From Patescibacteria group bacterium (GTDB taxonomy: Bacteria; Patescibacteriota; Patescibacteriia; 2-02-FULL-49-11): DNA of 64,000 nt. The DNA is taken from the NCBI GenBank assembly GCA_041645165.1, contig JBAZQN010000002.1:53388-117387 (forward strand), given 5' to 3'. The position numbers and the translations under genes were made by a program. Positions 55,716 to 64,000 of this stretch are shown here, one piece after another (positions within the stretch are counted from its first letter, which is position 1; every line of letters starts with the position of its first letter). Under the pieces are notes generated by a model. The model saw only the letters and a list, made by a program, of their open reading frames with translations. It was not told the origin of the DNA and searched no databases.

Positions 55716-56000
55716 TCACTCGTCCCTCAATTCGCGGATAATCTCCACTGCGGACTTCTTGCTTTTGAAGCGCAGGTGTTCCGGTATGTTAATCCAGAGG
55801 TCGAGGGAATTGAATTCCTTTGGCACGGGTTTTGCGGCCTCGGCAGTATCCGGTATCGTTGCGCCCGTGGGTTCGGGCGTAATGCGGGCGATCGGTTTTG
55901 AGCGATGGATGACTTGGAACGAGTCGCCACGCTCGAGCGCTTTCCATATTTTAGCAAGATTAAGCCTTACTTCTTTAGCGGAAATGGTTCGGGTAGGCAT
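55716..56000 (-). CDS. Phd/YefM-family antitoxin
   Basis: MPTRTISAKEVRLNLAKIWKALERGDSFQVIHRSKPIARITP matches the Phd/YefM N-terminal fold. It lies immediately upstream of vapC. Confidence 0.65.
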   Translation of the reverse strand: MPTRTISAKEVRLNLAKIWKALERGDSFQVIHRSKPIARITPEPTGATIPDTAEAAKPVPKEFNSLDLWINIPEHLRFKSKKSAVEIIRELRDE

Positions 56001-56152
56001 AAATAAGAAAAATTAGTGTTAACTTAAAGTATATTTTAAGTATACATTTGAGGTGCATCTTGTCCATATTGACAAAACTCAAAATCCATGGTATCTTTTT
56101 ATGATTTTTCCAAACTAAATCCTAAAACAAAAAAAGAATCGCGGGAAAGGAG

Positions 56153-56575
56153 GTGATCAAGATGAAAACCCGCGGAAAAATTTTGTGGCTCGTTGCGTTC
56201 GTAGCGGTGTTAGGGGGGTGCGCCGGAAGCTCAAATTTTAAGGAGGGTGGGAAGGAAACTTTCGGGTTTCAAAAATCTGCCTTCGGGTCAGGACCAACTG
56301 AGCTCTCCGTGGCACGAGTCAATCTTGCACAAGCTAAAAAGCTTGAGTATGAGGCAAAGATTGATTCAGCCATCGCCGCCAACACCACGGAAGGTAACGC
56401 AGCGCAAATCGCTTTTTATCAGGCGTTGCGTAATGCGGCAGGGTCAGGATTATTCCTGACGGCGGGGAACGAGGTGTTGTTCAATATGCATCGTTTTGAT
56501 GCGCATGAGGACGCGCATAATGCGGCGTATTTGATGGGGGTAGTATGCCCCGTGTGCGGCCTTAAAACGCGGTAA
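56153..56575 (+). CDS. Putative lipoprotein (hypothetical)
   Basis: Signal peptide with an LGGC lipobox. Confidence 0.4.
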   Translation: MIKMKTRGKILWLVAFVAVLGGCAGSSNFKEGGKETFGFQKSAFGSGPTELSVARVNLAQAKKLEYEAKIDSAIAANTTEGNAAQIAFYQALRNAAGSGLFLTAGNEVLFNMHRFDAHEDAHNAAYLMGVVCPVCGLKTR

Positions 56576-56659
56576 GGGCACTGGCGCGAGAAAACAAAGG
56601 GCGGTATCTGTTGTTTGGATACCGCTCTTGAACGTTAATGGAGACGAATATAGGATGAG

Positions 56660-57118
56660 TTATTGTACACCCGCGCCGGCGAGGATAATTGAGAATACGA
56701 ATTTGGAGATTGCGTAGGCAAGAATAATGACGATGAGGCCGATGATAGAAGATTCAATAATTTTCTGTGCCGATTCAACCTCTTCCGTTCTGCCGCGCGC
56801 GAGCATCCATTTGAAACCTGCATACACAATAAGGGCAAGAAATATTACGCCTATGATAGTAAGCATCGCTTGAATAATGCCACCTACTGTTATCGCCAGA
56901 TCCTTAGTACCAAGACCGCTTGCGTTGCCCGCATTAAATAAATTGCCTTGTATCTCGCCTGCAACTGGTGCAGCTATTGATGGAAGTGGCGTAATTAGTT
57001 GAACTATAACAGTCGCTGTAAGGGCGATATATTTTTTTATGTGCGGGGTGAGGCGGGGCATATACTTTGATAAATCATAAATTCTAATTTTGTCGTTTGC
57101 GGCTGCGCTGCCGGGCAT
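56660..57118 (-). CDS. TrbC/VirB2-like (T4SS-pilin-like) small secreted membrane protein, paralog 1
   Basis: Signal peptide plus a conserved C-terminal core (IIGVIFLALIVYAGFKWMLARGRTEEVESAQKIIESSIIGLIVIILAYAISKFVF), shared as FKWMTA.GN.E...K......G..I.......A by all six paralogs. Confidence 0.5.
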   Translation of the reverse strand: MPGSAAANDKIRIYDLSKYMPRLTPHIKKYIALTATVIVQLITPLPSIAAPVAGEIQGNLFNAGNASGLGTKDLAITVGGIIQAMLTIIGVIFLALIVYAGFKWMLARGRTEEVESAQKIIESSIIGLIVIILAYAISKFVFSIILAGAGVQ

Positions 57119-57135
57119 AAGGAATGGGTGAGTGA

Positions 57136-57447
57136 TTACGCCCGTGAGAGGGCTAATTTCTCGAGCCTGACCACCCGGTCTTCAAGTACCTTGAACTCAT
57201 CGCGACCGACCTTCTCTTTGAGTTCATACCTGATCAGGCGGAGCTCTTCGGAATGTATTTTTGATTCATTTATTAGGATTAGTACATCGTCTTTCACGGT
57301 TTGCAGGTCTTCCGTCATGTGCCCCACTTTCTCAAATGTCGCCTCGCCTTTATCTTTCACCAATTCAATATTTTCCGCCAGCGCTTTGTAATGCGAGCGG
57401 ATTTCCTCGAGTAATATTTGGGTGTAATCTTCAGGGATTTGATTCAT
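57136..57447 (-). CDS. Hypothetical coiled-coil protein
   Basis: About 100 aa, charged and helical, with no motif. Confidence 0.3.
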   Translation of the reverse strand: MNQIPEDYTQILLEEIRSHYKALAENIELVKDKGEATFEKVGHMTEDLQTVKDDVLILINESKIHSEELRLIRYELKEKVGRDEFKVLEDRVVRLEKLALSRA

Positions 57448-57477
57448 AGCCTTATTATACGCCGCGAGGGGAAGGAG

Positions 57478-57912
57478 TCAATTTTTAAGGAGGTTGCCTT
57501 TAAGGTCGGCTTCTCCGGACTGTTCCACTTGTGTCACAATGTTCTGCGCGAGGGCAATCGCTTCCCGTGCCTGTGTCTCCGTATAGCTTTCAAATGGCAC
57601 GGCGGGCGGGGCGAGCGCATCGGGGTAGCGGGTGGGGATATAGTATTGGTCGAGAATTCGGCCGGCGTCGATGAGCGCAGCAAACTGCGAATCATACGTC
57701 GCGCATTCATCAAGGAGCTCTTTCACCGAATGTTTCCATACCATGCGGCTCCCTTTGAGATAGAGGTATCCTTTTAAGGCTTTTTGCGCGGCTTGCTCGG
57801 CGGAATAACAGGCGTCAGAAAAGAATGCGTGTTCAAGGTCTGCTTGAGCGGCTTCAATTTCATGGCGCGCTTGTTTGAGCCAGCGCTCTGCTTCTTCAGT
57901 TTGGTGTTTCAT
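57478..57912 (-). CDS. HEPN-domain protein (toxin-like component of a HEPN/MNT pair)
   Basis: CYSAEQAAQKALKGYLYLKG HEPN helix pattern, and a 17-nt overlap with the upstream MNT gene. Confidence 0.7.
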   Translation of the reverse strand: MKHQTEEAERWLKQARHEIEAAQADLEHAFFSDACYSAEQAAQKALKGYLYLKGSRMVWKHSVKELLDECATYDSQFAALIDAGRILDQYYIPTRYPDALAPPAVPFESYTETQAREAIALAQNIVTQVEQSGEADLKGNLLKN

Positions 57913-58210
57913 ATATGATGATGCCCTCTTGGAGCGCTCTCATGACGAGAGGATTTTCCCGCTCTTGCATCGCCGCAAACTCTTCCGGGGTGTAGATGAA
58001 CGCGTCCACCCGCGGGAAGTCTTTTGGCAGCATAAGGCTGAATTCTTTCAGGCGCTCCAAAAATGGTTTTTTTGTTGATTTAATGAGAAGAAGATCAATA
58101 TCACTGTGTTCGTCTGCATCCGTGCGTGCGTGGGAGCCAAAGAGTATTGCGCGCTGCGGTTGATAGTGCGTGAGTACTTCGTTGAGCGAGCGCAGGGATA
58201 ATGGAACCAT
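57896..58210 (-). CDS. Minimal nucleotidyltransferase (MNT) domain protein
   Basis: LFGSHARTDADEHSDIDLLLI (GS...DxD polymerase-beta-type nucleotidyltransferase motif). Confidence 0.75.
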   Translation of the reverse strand: MVPLSLRSLNEVLTHYQPQRAILFGSHARTDADEHSDIDLLLIKSTKKPFLERLKEFSLMLPKDFPRVDAFIYTPEEFAAMQERENPLVMRALQEGIIIYETPN

Positions 58211-58311
58211 AAAGATTTAAAATCTTTTCTTGCTTGATTATACTTCCTCAATGGAGGGAATCAACAAGCGAATCAAAAATATGAGTATAAATGTCAACAT
58301 TTGTGTTCTAT

Positions 58312-59187
58312 CTACGGACAGCAGGCTTGATTCACATCATAACATTTGAAATCATTCTGCGTAGGGGTCCCGCCAGTTGGACAACGACCATTGACATCAA
58401 GAGTTTGACATACGTAGCCGTATGTCGGACATTGTAGGTTTAGAACACAACAAACCAGTGAGCAATCGTCTGTCACGAATGACCTTTCGTCAGGTTCACA
58501 TCTGTCTTTACAAGTACCACCGTATACCCTACTACATTCATCAAGCGGACCAGTTACTGAAGGCTGTACTGGCGTGATGCCGTTAATTGAAACTGAAGGC
58601 GTCCAGAAGAGGGCGTTGACTACATAGGTGGTAAGCGCGTAGGCCACGACGACAAGGACGAGGCCGATCACGGCGTTCTCGAGCGTGGTCTTGGCGCTCG
58701 TGGCGGTTTCCTGGTTTCCCTGCGCCGTCATCCACTTGAAACCCGCCCACACGGTGAGTGCGAAGAAGAGCACCCCAAGGAGCGCAAGCATTGCGGACAA
58801 TATTCTGCCCACGGCCGTAGGGATGGATGGAGCCTCTCCTCCCGGCGTTAATCCCCCGCCGGTCGCTGCTTTTTTAAGGCAGAAAGGATCGTCCGCGCCG
58901 CAGGCGGATTCTGCATGAGCCGCGGTGATCACCGGAGATAGTAACTGTTCACTCAGGGTCATCGCCGCTCGGAATGCACGATTTTTCTGCGGACGCGACC
59001 TAGCGTCCCTTGCGCCTAAATCCTCGAAAAATTGGCATTCCTTCGCGTCAAGTTGAAGCCAGTGGGTAAATATAAGAGAAGATACCTGCGTGCCGCTTGC
59101 GCGCAAGGCCATAAGCGCAAAGAGCGGCATTGCAAGCGCGGCAAGGAGCGCAACAGCGAGGGTGAGAGAGCGTGAATGAGATTGCAT
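58312..59187 (-). CDS. T4SS-pilin-like protein, paralog 2, with a C-terminal Cys-rich tail
   Basis: Core LLGVLFFALTVWAGFKWMTAQGNQETATSAKTTLENAVIGLVLVVVAYALTTYVV, plus an 80-aa tail with 12 Cys (CKDRCEPDE...CCVLNLQCPTYGYVCQ...KCYDVNQACCP). Confidence 0.5.
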   Translation of the reverse strand: MQSHSRSLTLAVALLAALAMPLFALMALRASGTQVSSLIFTHWLQLDAKECQFFEDLGARDARSRPQKNRAFRAAMTLSEQLLSPVITAAHAESACGADDPFCLKKAATGGGLTPGGEAPSIPTAVGRILSAMLALLGVLFFALTVWAGFKWMTAQGNQETATSAKTTLENAVIGLVLVVVAYALTTYVVNALFWTPSVSINGITPVQPSVTGPLDECSRVYGGTCKDRCEPDERSFVTDDCSLVCCVLNLQCPTYGYVCQTLDVNGRCPTGGTPTQNDFKCYDVNQACCP

Positions 59188-59413
59188 GGGATTCAGTGAG
59201 ATTATTTCTTGAGCCCATCGAAGGCAGATTGTCCTTCGATAAACTCAAGAGATAATTTATCACATCGGCATTCCAATCTTTCCGCCTAAGATCATCATCG
59301 GGTAGCGTGGCAGTTTATCTGCCACCGATTGGTCGGAGACAAGCTCCGACGCTACAGAGTTGCTAAAAAGTAAGCTGCAATGTTATACAGTGCAAATGCG
59401 CCGAAGAGTTAAT

Positions 59414-59800
59414 TTAAAAAAGCTTATCAATGATGAATGCGGTAAGCGCGTAGGATACCACGATGATGACAAGGCCTATGCCTGCGTTTTCTATAGTGCC
59501 TTTTGCTTGAGTGACTATTTCTTCATTGCCGCGCGCGGTCATCCATTTGATGCCGGCGTAGCAGATGAGCGCGAAAAAGATGACGCCAATGAGCGCGAGA
59601 ATATCGCGGATGATGAGGCCGATGAGTTGAGGAAGAGAAGCGCCGGTGTTTAAGCCGATGTACGTCGCCATTTGCTTCACGCAGTACGCATCATCACTGT
59701 CCGGCGTGCCGCACTCCGCAAACGCAACGAGCGGTACCGTGAATACCGCGATTATCAATGCCCCTGAGAATAGGTATCGAAAAGGGGAGAACCGCAGCAT
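59414..59800 (-). CDS. T4SS-pilin-like protein, paralog 3
   Basis: Signal peptide (MLRFSPFRYLFSGALIIAVFTVPLVAFA), a CGTPDSDDAYC pair, and core LIGVIFFALICYAGIKWMTARGNEEIVTQAKGTIENAGIGLVIIVVSYALTAFII. Confidence 0.5.
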   Translation of the reverse strand: MLRFSPFRYLFSGALIIAVFTVPLVAFAECGTPDSDDAYCVKQMATYIGLNTGASLPQLIGLIIRDILALIGVIFFALICYAGIKWMTARGNEEIVTQAKGTIENAGIGLVIIVVSYALTAFIIDKLF

Positions 59801-59849
59801 AGGAGGTACCGCTCGCTTATAAACGATAGGTAGTAATGAGTCTGGCCGT

Positions 59850-60221
59850 TTAAGTGGATTGTTCGAGTACGGAGAAGACAAACCTCGTGATAGCAAAGGC
59901 GACAAAGATGATGATAAGGCCGACGACGCCCTGACCAATCGCTTTCTTGCCGGATTCTACTCCTTCCTCGTTGCCACCTGCGGTCATCCACTTGAAGCCG
60001 CCCAAAAGGATGATGACGAGCGCGACGATGCCGAGGATGCCAAGAGCGATATTGATAATCTGCGCGATCGTGGCGCGGACATCGCGCGTGCCAAGCCCTG
60101 CACCGGTGCCATAGAATACGCCAAAGCGGTCAGTTTGCGCGACTACTAAGGTGGGGATGATAACCGCTGCGGTGGTAACGGCTCCTGCGATGAGATGTTT
60201 GCCGAGCGTGCGATAGTTCAT
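59850..60221 (-). CDS. T4SS-pilin-like protein, paralog 4
   Basis: Core LGIVALVIILLGGFKWMTAGGNEEGVESGKKAIGQGVVGLIIIFVAFAITRFVF. Confidence 0.5.
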   Translation of the reverse strand: MNYRTLGKHLIAGAVTTAAVIIPTLVVAQTDRFGVFYGTGAGLGTRDVRATIAQIINIALGILGIVALVIILLGGFKWMTAGGNEEGVESGKKAIGQGVVGLIIIFVAFAITRFVFSVLEQST

Positions 60222-60262
60222 AAAAATAAGACTTTTCAGTATTGAAACGGGAGGAGCGCTCC

Positions 60263-60381
60263 CTTAGGCGCCGTAAAAAAATAACATATTCACCACTTTG
60301 GGCTGTAATAAGGTTTATAGCCGTACTACAGCGGTTATTATGATGATTAATTGGAAAGGTTATTTTTTTAAGCGCCCTTAG
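60263..60381. mobile_element. MITE-like element, copy 2 (same terminal inverted repeats as 26041-26146)
   Basis: cttaggcgccgtaaaaaaataacatat ... ggttatttttttaagcgccctta. It is inserted between pilin paralogs 4 and 5. Confidence 0.5.
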
Positions 60382-60665
60382 ATATGTGTTTTAGCGATTT
60401 TTTGTTAACCGTCGACCTTTGTGGATAATATTGATTACTCGTCTTTTCACTGTGGATATTATACGATATTTTGCACCTAAAAAGCAATGTAAGGAATGGT
60501 ACGCGCTCACTGGACCCCCCCTCTGTCATCCTGACCCCGCAAATGCGGGGGAAGGATCCCCGGCGTATGCCGGCCCACATCCGTGGGAGATTCTTCACTT
60601 CGTCCCGATTCCATCGGGACTTCGTTCAGAATGACGACATCAGTGAACACTTACAAGGAATGTAT

Positions 60666-61076
60666 TTATGGCGTAAAACCGGGATTGGTAGGGGTTATGA
60701 CCTTAAAGATAAAGCTTAATGCTACATATGAGCCGATAACTACGATGGAACCTATTAGCGCCCAGACCACCGTATCTCTCCCCTTTTTCACTTGTTCGGG
60801 GTTGCCTGCGGATATGACCCAGTAGATGGCGCCCACGAGGAACATCATGAGGGCGACGGCGCCGCTTAACGGGAGCACGGTGGTAATAAAGCGGCCCACG
60901 AGCGTGGCAATGTCAGGGCCTTCTCCGCCACAACCGCCGCCGATAGGATTGCAGATTTTTTTGGCATAATCCTCAACGGCAAGTGCGGCACGAGGGCCAA
61001 GGATGAACAAAGAGCAATAAACAAAGAGCAATGAACAAAAAGTAGTGAGTGTGCTGGCGCTTTTTTTTAATTTCAT
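60666..61076 (-). CDS. T4SS-pilin-like protein, paralog 5
   Basis: Signal peptide (MKLKKSASTLTTFCSLLFVYCSLFILGPRAALA), CNPIGGGCGG, and core LMMFLVGAIYWVISAGNPEQVKKGRDTVVWALIGSIVVIGSYVALSFIF. Confidence 0.5.
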   Translation of the reverse strand: MKLKKSASTLTTFCSLLFVYCSLFILGPRAALAVEDYAKKICNPIGGGCGGEGPDIATLVGRFITTVLPLSGAVALMMFLVGAIYWVISAGNPEQVKKGRDTVVWALIGSIVVIGSYVALSFIFKVITPTNPGFTP

Positions 61077-61217
61077 AATTAGATAGTAGTAGACAAATAT
61101 TTTTTCAGTGATATTCGGTGCGTACTTCTGTGTGCATTCAGTGTAAAAAGCTTCTCTCACGGAAAAATCTGAATCCTACACGGAAATGCACTGAATGGTG
61201 TTAAGATCTTATTAAGA

Positions 61218-61616
61218 CTAGGCGCTATAGAATGCCTTTTGCAGGCCTTTAAAGAATACATCGAGGATGGCAAAGGAGGCGGCTGCAAGCGCAAGCCCCA
61301 AGAATGCCCATACGATCATGCCTTTCCCTTTCTCCACTGATTCGCTGTTTCCGCCTGCGGTCATCCATCGCACCGCGCCGAGGATGACCATAATGAACGA
61401 TACCACCCCCACCAGTCCCATCACCATCTGCAGTGCGGTTCCGAGGAGTCCAAGCAGTCCACCTGGTGTATTAAAGAAAGGGTGGCAGAGCTCTCCCTTA
61501 TTCCAGTCCTCCTTGCCGCATTCGGTGTTTACGGGAGTGGCAGGTACGACAGCGTTTTGAGCACGTACCGAGGCAGTAGAGAAAGAAATTATCAGGACAC
61601 AGATTATCAGCGCCAT
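61218..61616 (-). CDS. T4SS-pilin-like protein, paralog 6
   Basis: Start at MALIICVLIISFSTASVRA (signal peptide), CGKEDWNKGELC, and core MGLVGVVSFIMVILGAVRWMTAGGNSESVEKGKGMIVWAFLGLALAAASFAIL. Confidence 0.5.
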   Translation of the reverse strand: MALIICVLIISFSTASVRAQNAVVPATPVNTECGKEDWNKGELCHPFFNTPGGLLGLLGTALQMVMGLVGVVSFIMVILGAVRWMTAGGNSESVEKGKGMIVWAFLGLALAAASFAILDVFFKGLQKAFYSA

Positions 61617-61651
61617 TCCTATTCCAATAAAATCCCAAATCCTAATATCAA

Positions 61652-61715
61652 ATTTGACATTTGGAATTTGACATTTGATTTTCATTTGACATTTGGAATT
61701 TGACATTTGATTTTC
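61652..61715. repeat. Tandem 2x32-bp repeat (atttgacatttggaatttgacatttgattttc), four TTGACA-containing half-units
   Basis: Exact tandem duplication located upstream of pilin paralog 6. The motif is shared with 63205-63232. Confidence 0.8.
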
Positions 61716-61716
61716 A

Positions 61717-63084
61717 TTATAACGTTTGATTCACCTGCTGTGCGCAGAAGTTGATCGCATCGCTCACTGTTTTCGAATTATCTATCACCGCATCAATCAT
61801 CGCGCGCATCGCGGTTTCCATGGCACCCGGATTGCGGCCGCGGTACCAGGTTTGGGCGGTGAAGAGCTGGTTCACGAAGGGTTTAAGATCCGGGTCTTCC
61901 GCATACTTTGCGATGAGGCTCCGGAGCGCGGGCGGCTTTCGCGCGCGGTCAAGATACGCGGTCACGCGTTCCGGGCTCGTGGCAAAGAGCACCAGGTCCC
62001 ATGCGACCGCTTGGTGGGGAGAGCGCCGCGCGACGCTTGCGAGCCAGTAATTGGCAAAATTGACTTCTTTCCTTCCCGCATCCGTGCCGTCGCTATTCAG
62101 GTGCGGCACTGGCGCGATGCCGGTGTCAATTTTTGGCCCTTGGGCACGCAAATAGGGGAGCTGATAAGAATATCCAAGGAACATACCCAAACGTCCCGTG
62201 GTAAAAAGCGTTTGCGCTTCTTCGAGCGTACTGTTCCAGGTATAGACTTCCTTGGTAGGTTTCGCAAAATCAGTGTAGAAGCGCAGGGCATCGGCGCCGG
62301 GAGAGAAGAGTTCGCCAGTCTCAAGCCACACCCCCTCATGGAAGCCTGCGCTTCCATTTTTTATCATCTGCGTGCCGGTTTGGAGCATGAGGAGCGTCAG
62401 GATATCCACGCTTCTGTTGTTATTCGCGCTGCCGCCGAGGTTTATGCCGGACTGCAGAAGCGTGCCGGTGGTGTCTTGGATGGTGAGCTTCTTCACCATG
62501 TCCTTCACCTCGGTCCAGGTTTTCGGAGGGACGGTGATTTTCGCCTGGTCAAACAATTCATGGTTGTAAAAAAGTCCCAAAGTGTCCACCGAGAGCGGCA
62601 GTCCCACGACCGCATTGTTCCTTACCGCATCATTGAGCACCGCGCTCACGAAGCGCTCTTTCACATCCTGGGGGGTAAGCGTTTTTTGTTCTCGATAGAC
62701 CGCCGCGCTCTTCTCCACCCCTTTTTCAGGGTTTACAAGAACAGGCAATTTTATGGTCGCTGGCAGGGGTGCGATCTTTGGCTCGTATTTGCTGGTCCAG
62801 GTATTATGGATGAAGAAAATGTCTGGTCCCTGCTCTTCCGCCCAGCCTTCAAGCAGCGCGCGTTCATATTCTTCATACCTTAATTTTTTATAGGCAATGC
62901 TAACGTTGGGGTGCTGGCTGGTGTAGGCGGCAAACACATCCTTGAACATATCTGAATCGTCAAACACACCCCACCACTGGATGCGCACGGGCTGTTTGAG
63001 CTCCCTGAGCGCGGCGACGTCTCCTTGCTTGCAGCCGAGGCCGGTTAGAGGCATGACTGCCAGCGCGAGGAACAAGACGAGCAT
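61717..63084 (-). CDS. ABC transporter extracellular solute-binding protein (family 1, sugar/oligosaccharide type), lipoprotein
   Basis: Signal peptide with LTGLGC lipobox and a roughly 450-aa SBP_bac_1-like length. The start is set at MLVLFLAL; the longer ORF N-terminus is a translated tandem repeat. Confidence 0.75.
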   Translation of the reverse strand: MLVLFLALAVMPLTGLGCKQGDVAALRELKQPVRIQWWGVFDDSDMFKDVFAAYTSQHPNVSIAYKKLRYEEYERALLEGWAEEQGPDIFFIHNTWTSKYEPKIAPLPATIKLPVLVNPEKGVEKSAAVYREQKTLTPQDVKERFVSAVLNDAVRNNAVVGLPLSVDTLGLFYNHELFDQAKITVPPKTWTEVKDMVKKLTIQDTTGTLLQSGINLGGSANNNRSVDILTLLMLQTGTQMIKNGSAGFHEGVWLETGELFSPGADALRFYTDFAKPTKEVYTWNSTLEEAQTLFTTGRLGMFLGYSYQLPYLRAQGPKIDTGIAPVPHLNSDGTDAGRKEVNFANYWLASVARRSPHQAVAWDLVLFATSPERVTAYLDRARKPPALRSLIAKYAEDPDLKPFVNQLFTAQTWYRGRNPGAMETAMRAMIDAVIDNSKTVSDAINFCAQQVNQTL

Positions 63085-63124
63085 ATTTCGCCGATGAGGG
63101 ATGATCTTGAGGAGATGACGAAAA

Positions 63125-63232
63125 TTTCCAATTTCCAATTTCCAAATTCCAAACAAATTCCAAATTCCAATGACCGAATATTTGGACATTGAGATTTTGG
63201 ATTTCATTTGACATTTGAAATTTGACATTGGG
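63125..63232. repeat. Composite tandem repeat: (TTTCCAA)n-like run 63125-63170, then atttgacatttgaaatttgacatt at 63205-63232
   Basis: Simple heptamer-like repeats plus the same TTGACA-containing motif as 61652-61715, upstream of the SBP gene. Confidence 0.7.
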
Positions 63233-63234
63233 GT

Positions 63235-64000
63235 TTATTTATATGAATGGCTGAGACGTTTCTTGAGCCATGAATAGAACGGTGGTTTCAGTTCAGGTCT
63301 TGCTAATGCAAAATCCACATTCGCCTTCAGCCAGCCGAGTTTGGAGCCGAGATCGTAGTAGGTTCCTTGTACCATGCAGGCATAGACCGGACGGCGCCGT
63401 GCCAAGGTCATGATCGCATCCACGAGCCAGAGCTCGCCGCCCCTTCCCGGGCGCGTGCGTTCGAGGATGGGGAAGATGTCGGGCGTGAGGATGTAGCCGC
63501 CATGGGAAGCGAGCCGCGAGCGCGTCGCGGCCGGACCCGGCTTTTCCGTAATAGAGGTGACTTGGTATACCCGAGGCTCTATCTTGGCGCCTTCAATAAT
63601 GCCATAGTGATTCGTGCCGGCGCGGTCAGTGGGATATGCCGTGATGACAGGGTCGGTGTATTTTTCCCAGACGCGCATCAATTGCGCGAGGTGCGGCGTG
63701 GTTCCTAAAAATAAATCATCTCCCCATGCCACCGCGAAAGGCTCATCGCCGATGAGGTGACGGGCATTGAGCACCGGCGTGCCATTGCCATAAGGCCCTT
63801 GTTGGCGGAGGTACACGAAATGTGCGAGCGTGGAAATTTTTTTCACTTCTGCAAGCTCTTTCTTTTTGCCCGCTTTTTTAAGCCACAGTTCCAGTTCCGT
63901 ATTGGTGTCGAAATGGTCTTCGGCCGCGCGCTTATTCTGGTTCGTGACGAATATAATGTCAGTGATGCCGGCCTCAACCGCTTCCTCCACGATGTATTGC
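63235..64000 (-). CDS. galU: UTP--glucose-1-phosphate uridylyltransferase (GalU-like sugar nucleotidyltransferase), N-terminus beyond the window edge
   Basis: EEAVEAGITDIIFVT, GKEQPLTDAI-like region (LWLVDAIM) and GTYYDLGSKLGWLKANVDFAL match GalU. The ORF runs off the window end. Confidence 0.7.
   Translation of the reverse strand, partial: QYIVEEAVEAGITDIIFVTNQNKRAAEDHFDTNTELELWLKKAGKKKELAEVKKISTLAHFVYLRQQGPYGNGTPVLNARHLIGDEPFAVAWGDDLFLGTTPHLAQLMRVWEKYTDPVITAYPTDRAGTNHYGIIEGAKIEPRVYQVTSITEKPGPAATRSRLASHGGYILTPDIFPILERTRPGRGGELWLVDAIMTLARRRPVYACMVQGTYYDLGSKLGWLKANVDFALARPELKPPFYSWLKKRLSHSYK

Noticed and set aside
61218-63228. Long N-terminal extensions (MSNSKCQMKIKCQ..., MSNFKCQMKSKISMSKYSVIGIWNLFGIWKLEIGNF...) of the pilin-like and substrate-binding-protein ORFs
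   Set aside because: They are translations of the tandem DNA repeats. Genuine signal peptides start at the internal Met residues (MALIICV..., MLVLFLAL...).
1-64000. CRISPR arrays, transposases, integrases, prophage genes
   Set aside because: No regularly spaced direct repeats with unique spacers were seen, and no ORF carries DDE, tyrosine or serine recombinase motifs. The only mobile-like items are the small non-autonomous repeat families.

Overview
The window is a gene-dense, mostly minus-strand bacterial segment that contains the chromosomal replication-origin neighbourhood: rpmH-rnpA-yidD-yidC run leftward and dnaA-dnaN run rightward. Three TrmB-family regulators, a tandem array of TrbC/VirB2-like (T4SS-pilin-like) genes, an archaeal-type PGI/PMI, GH57 and two glgA copies, and a compact gene style point to a CPR/Patescibacteria-like organism; that placement is inference. 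Recognisable content: RNase HII, a CDF metal exporter plus a Met-rich SHOCT protein and a DsrE-like protein, glutamate dehydrogenase, a class I aminotransferase, trxB and trxA, three minus-strand tRNAs (Ala-CGC, Ala-GGC, Arg-CCU), bactofilin, a DAGK-family lipid kinase, PfkB kinase, a secreted SNase-like nuclease, PBP1A, TyrRS, a roughly 1060-aa Cys-rich modular secreted protein, GalT, a glycogen block (PEP-utilizer domain protein, glgA, GH57-UVR, glgA, ruvC, yebC), PGI/PMI, a roughly 12-kb cell-envelope glycosylation cluster (two DPM1-like GT2 enzymes, a SAM methyltransferase and six polytopic GT-C-like membrane proteins), a frameshifted vapC with an intact phd, a HEPN/MNT pair, six pilin-like genes, a sugar-ABC substrate-binding protein and a partial galU. 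Non-coding content is unusually rich. There are three families of dispersed intergenic repeats, one with compensatory base changes in its hairpin and one with MITE-like terminal inverted repeats. There are tandem TTGACA-containing repeats upstream of two genes, a coding-region heptanucleotide microsatellite in glgA, and a roughly 2-kb cassette (TrmB regulator plus radical-SAM-like gene) inserted between duplicated 3' ends of the nuclease gene. A GC-rich structured island at about 2590-2865 may be an ncRNA, and a Tn-free AT-rich islet carries two membrane proteins. No CRISPR array, transposase or integrase was seen.
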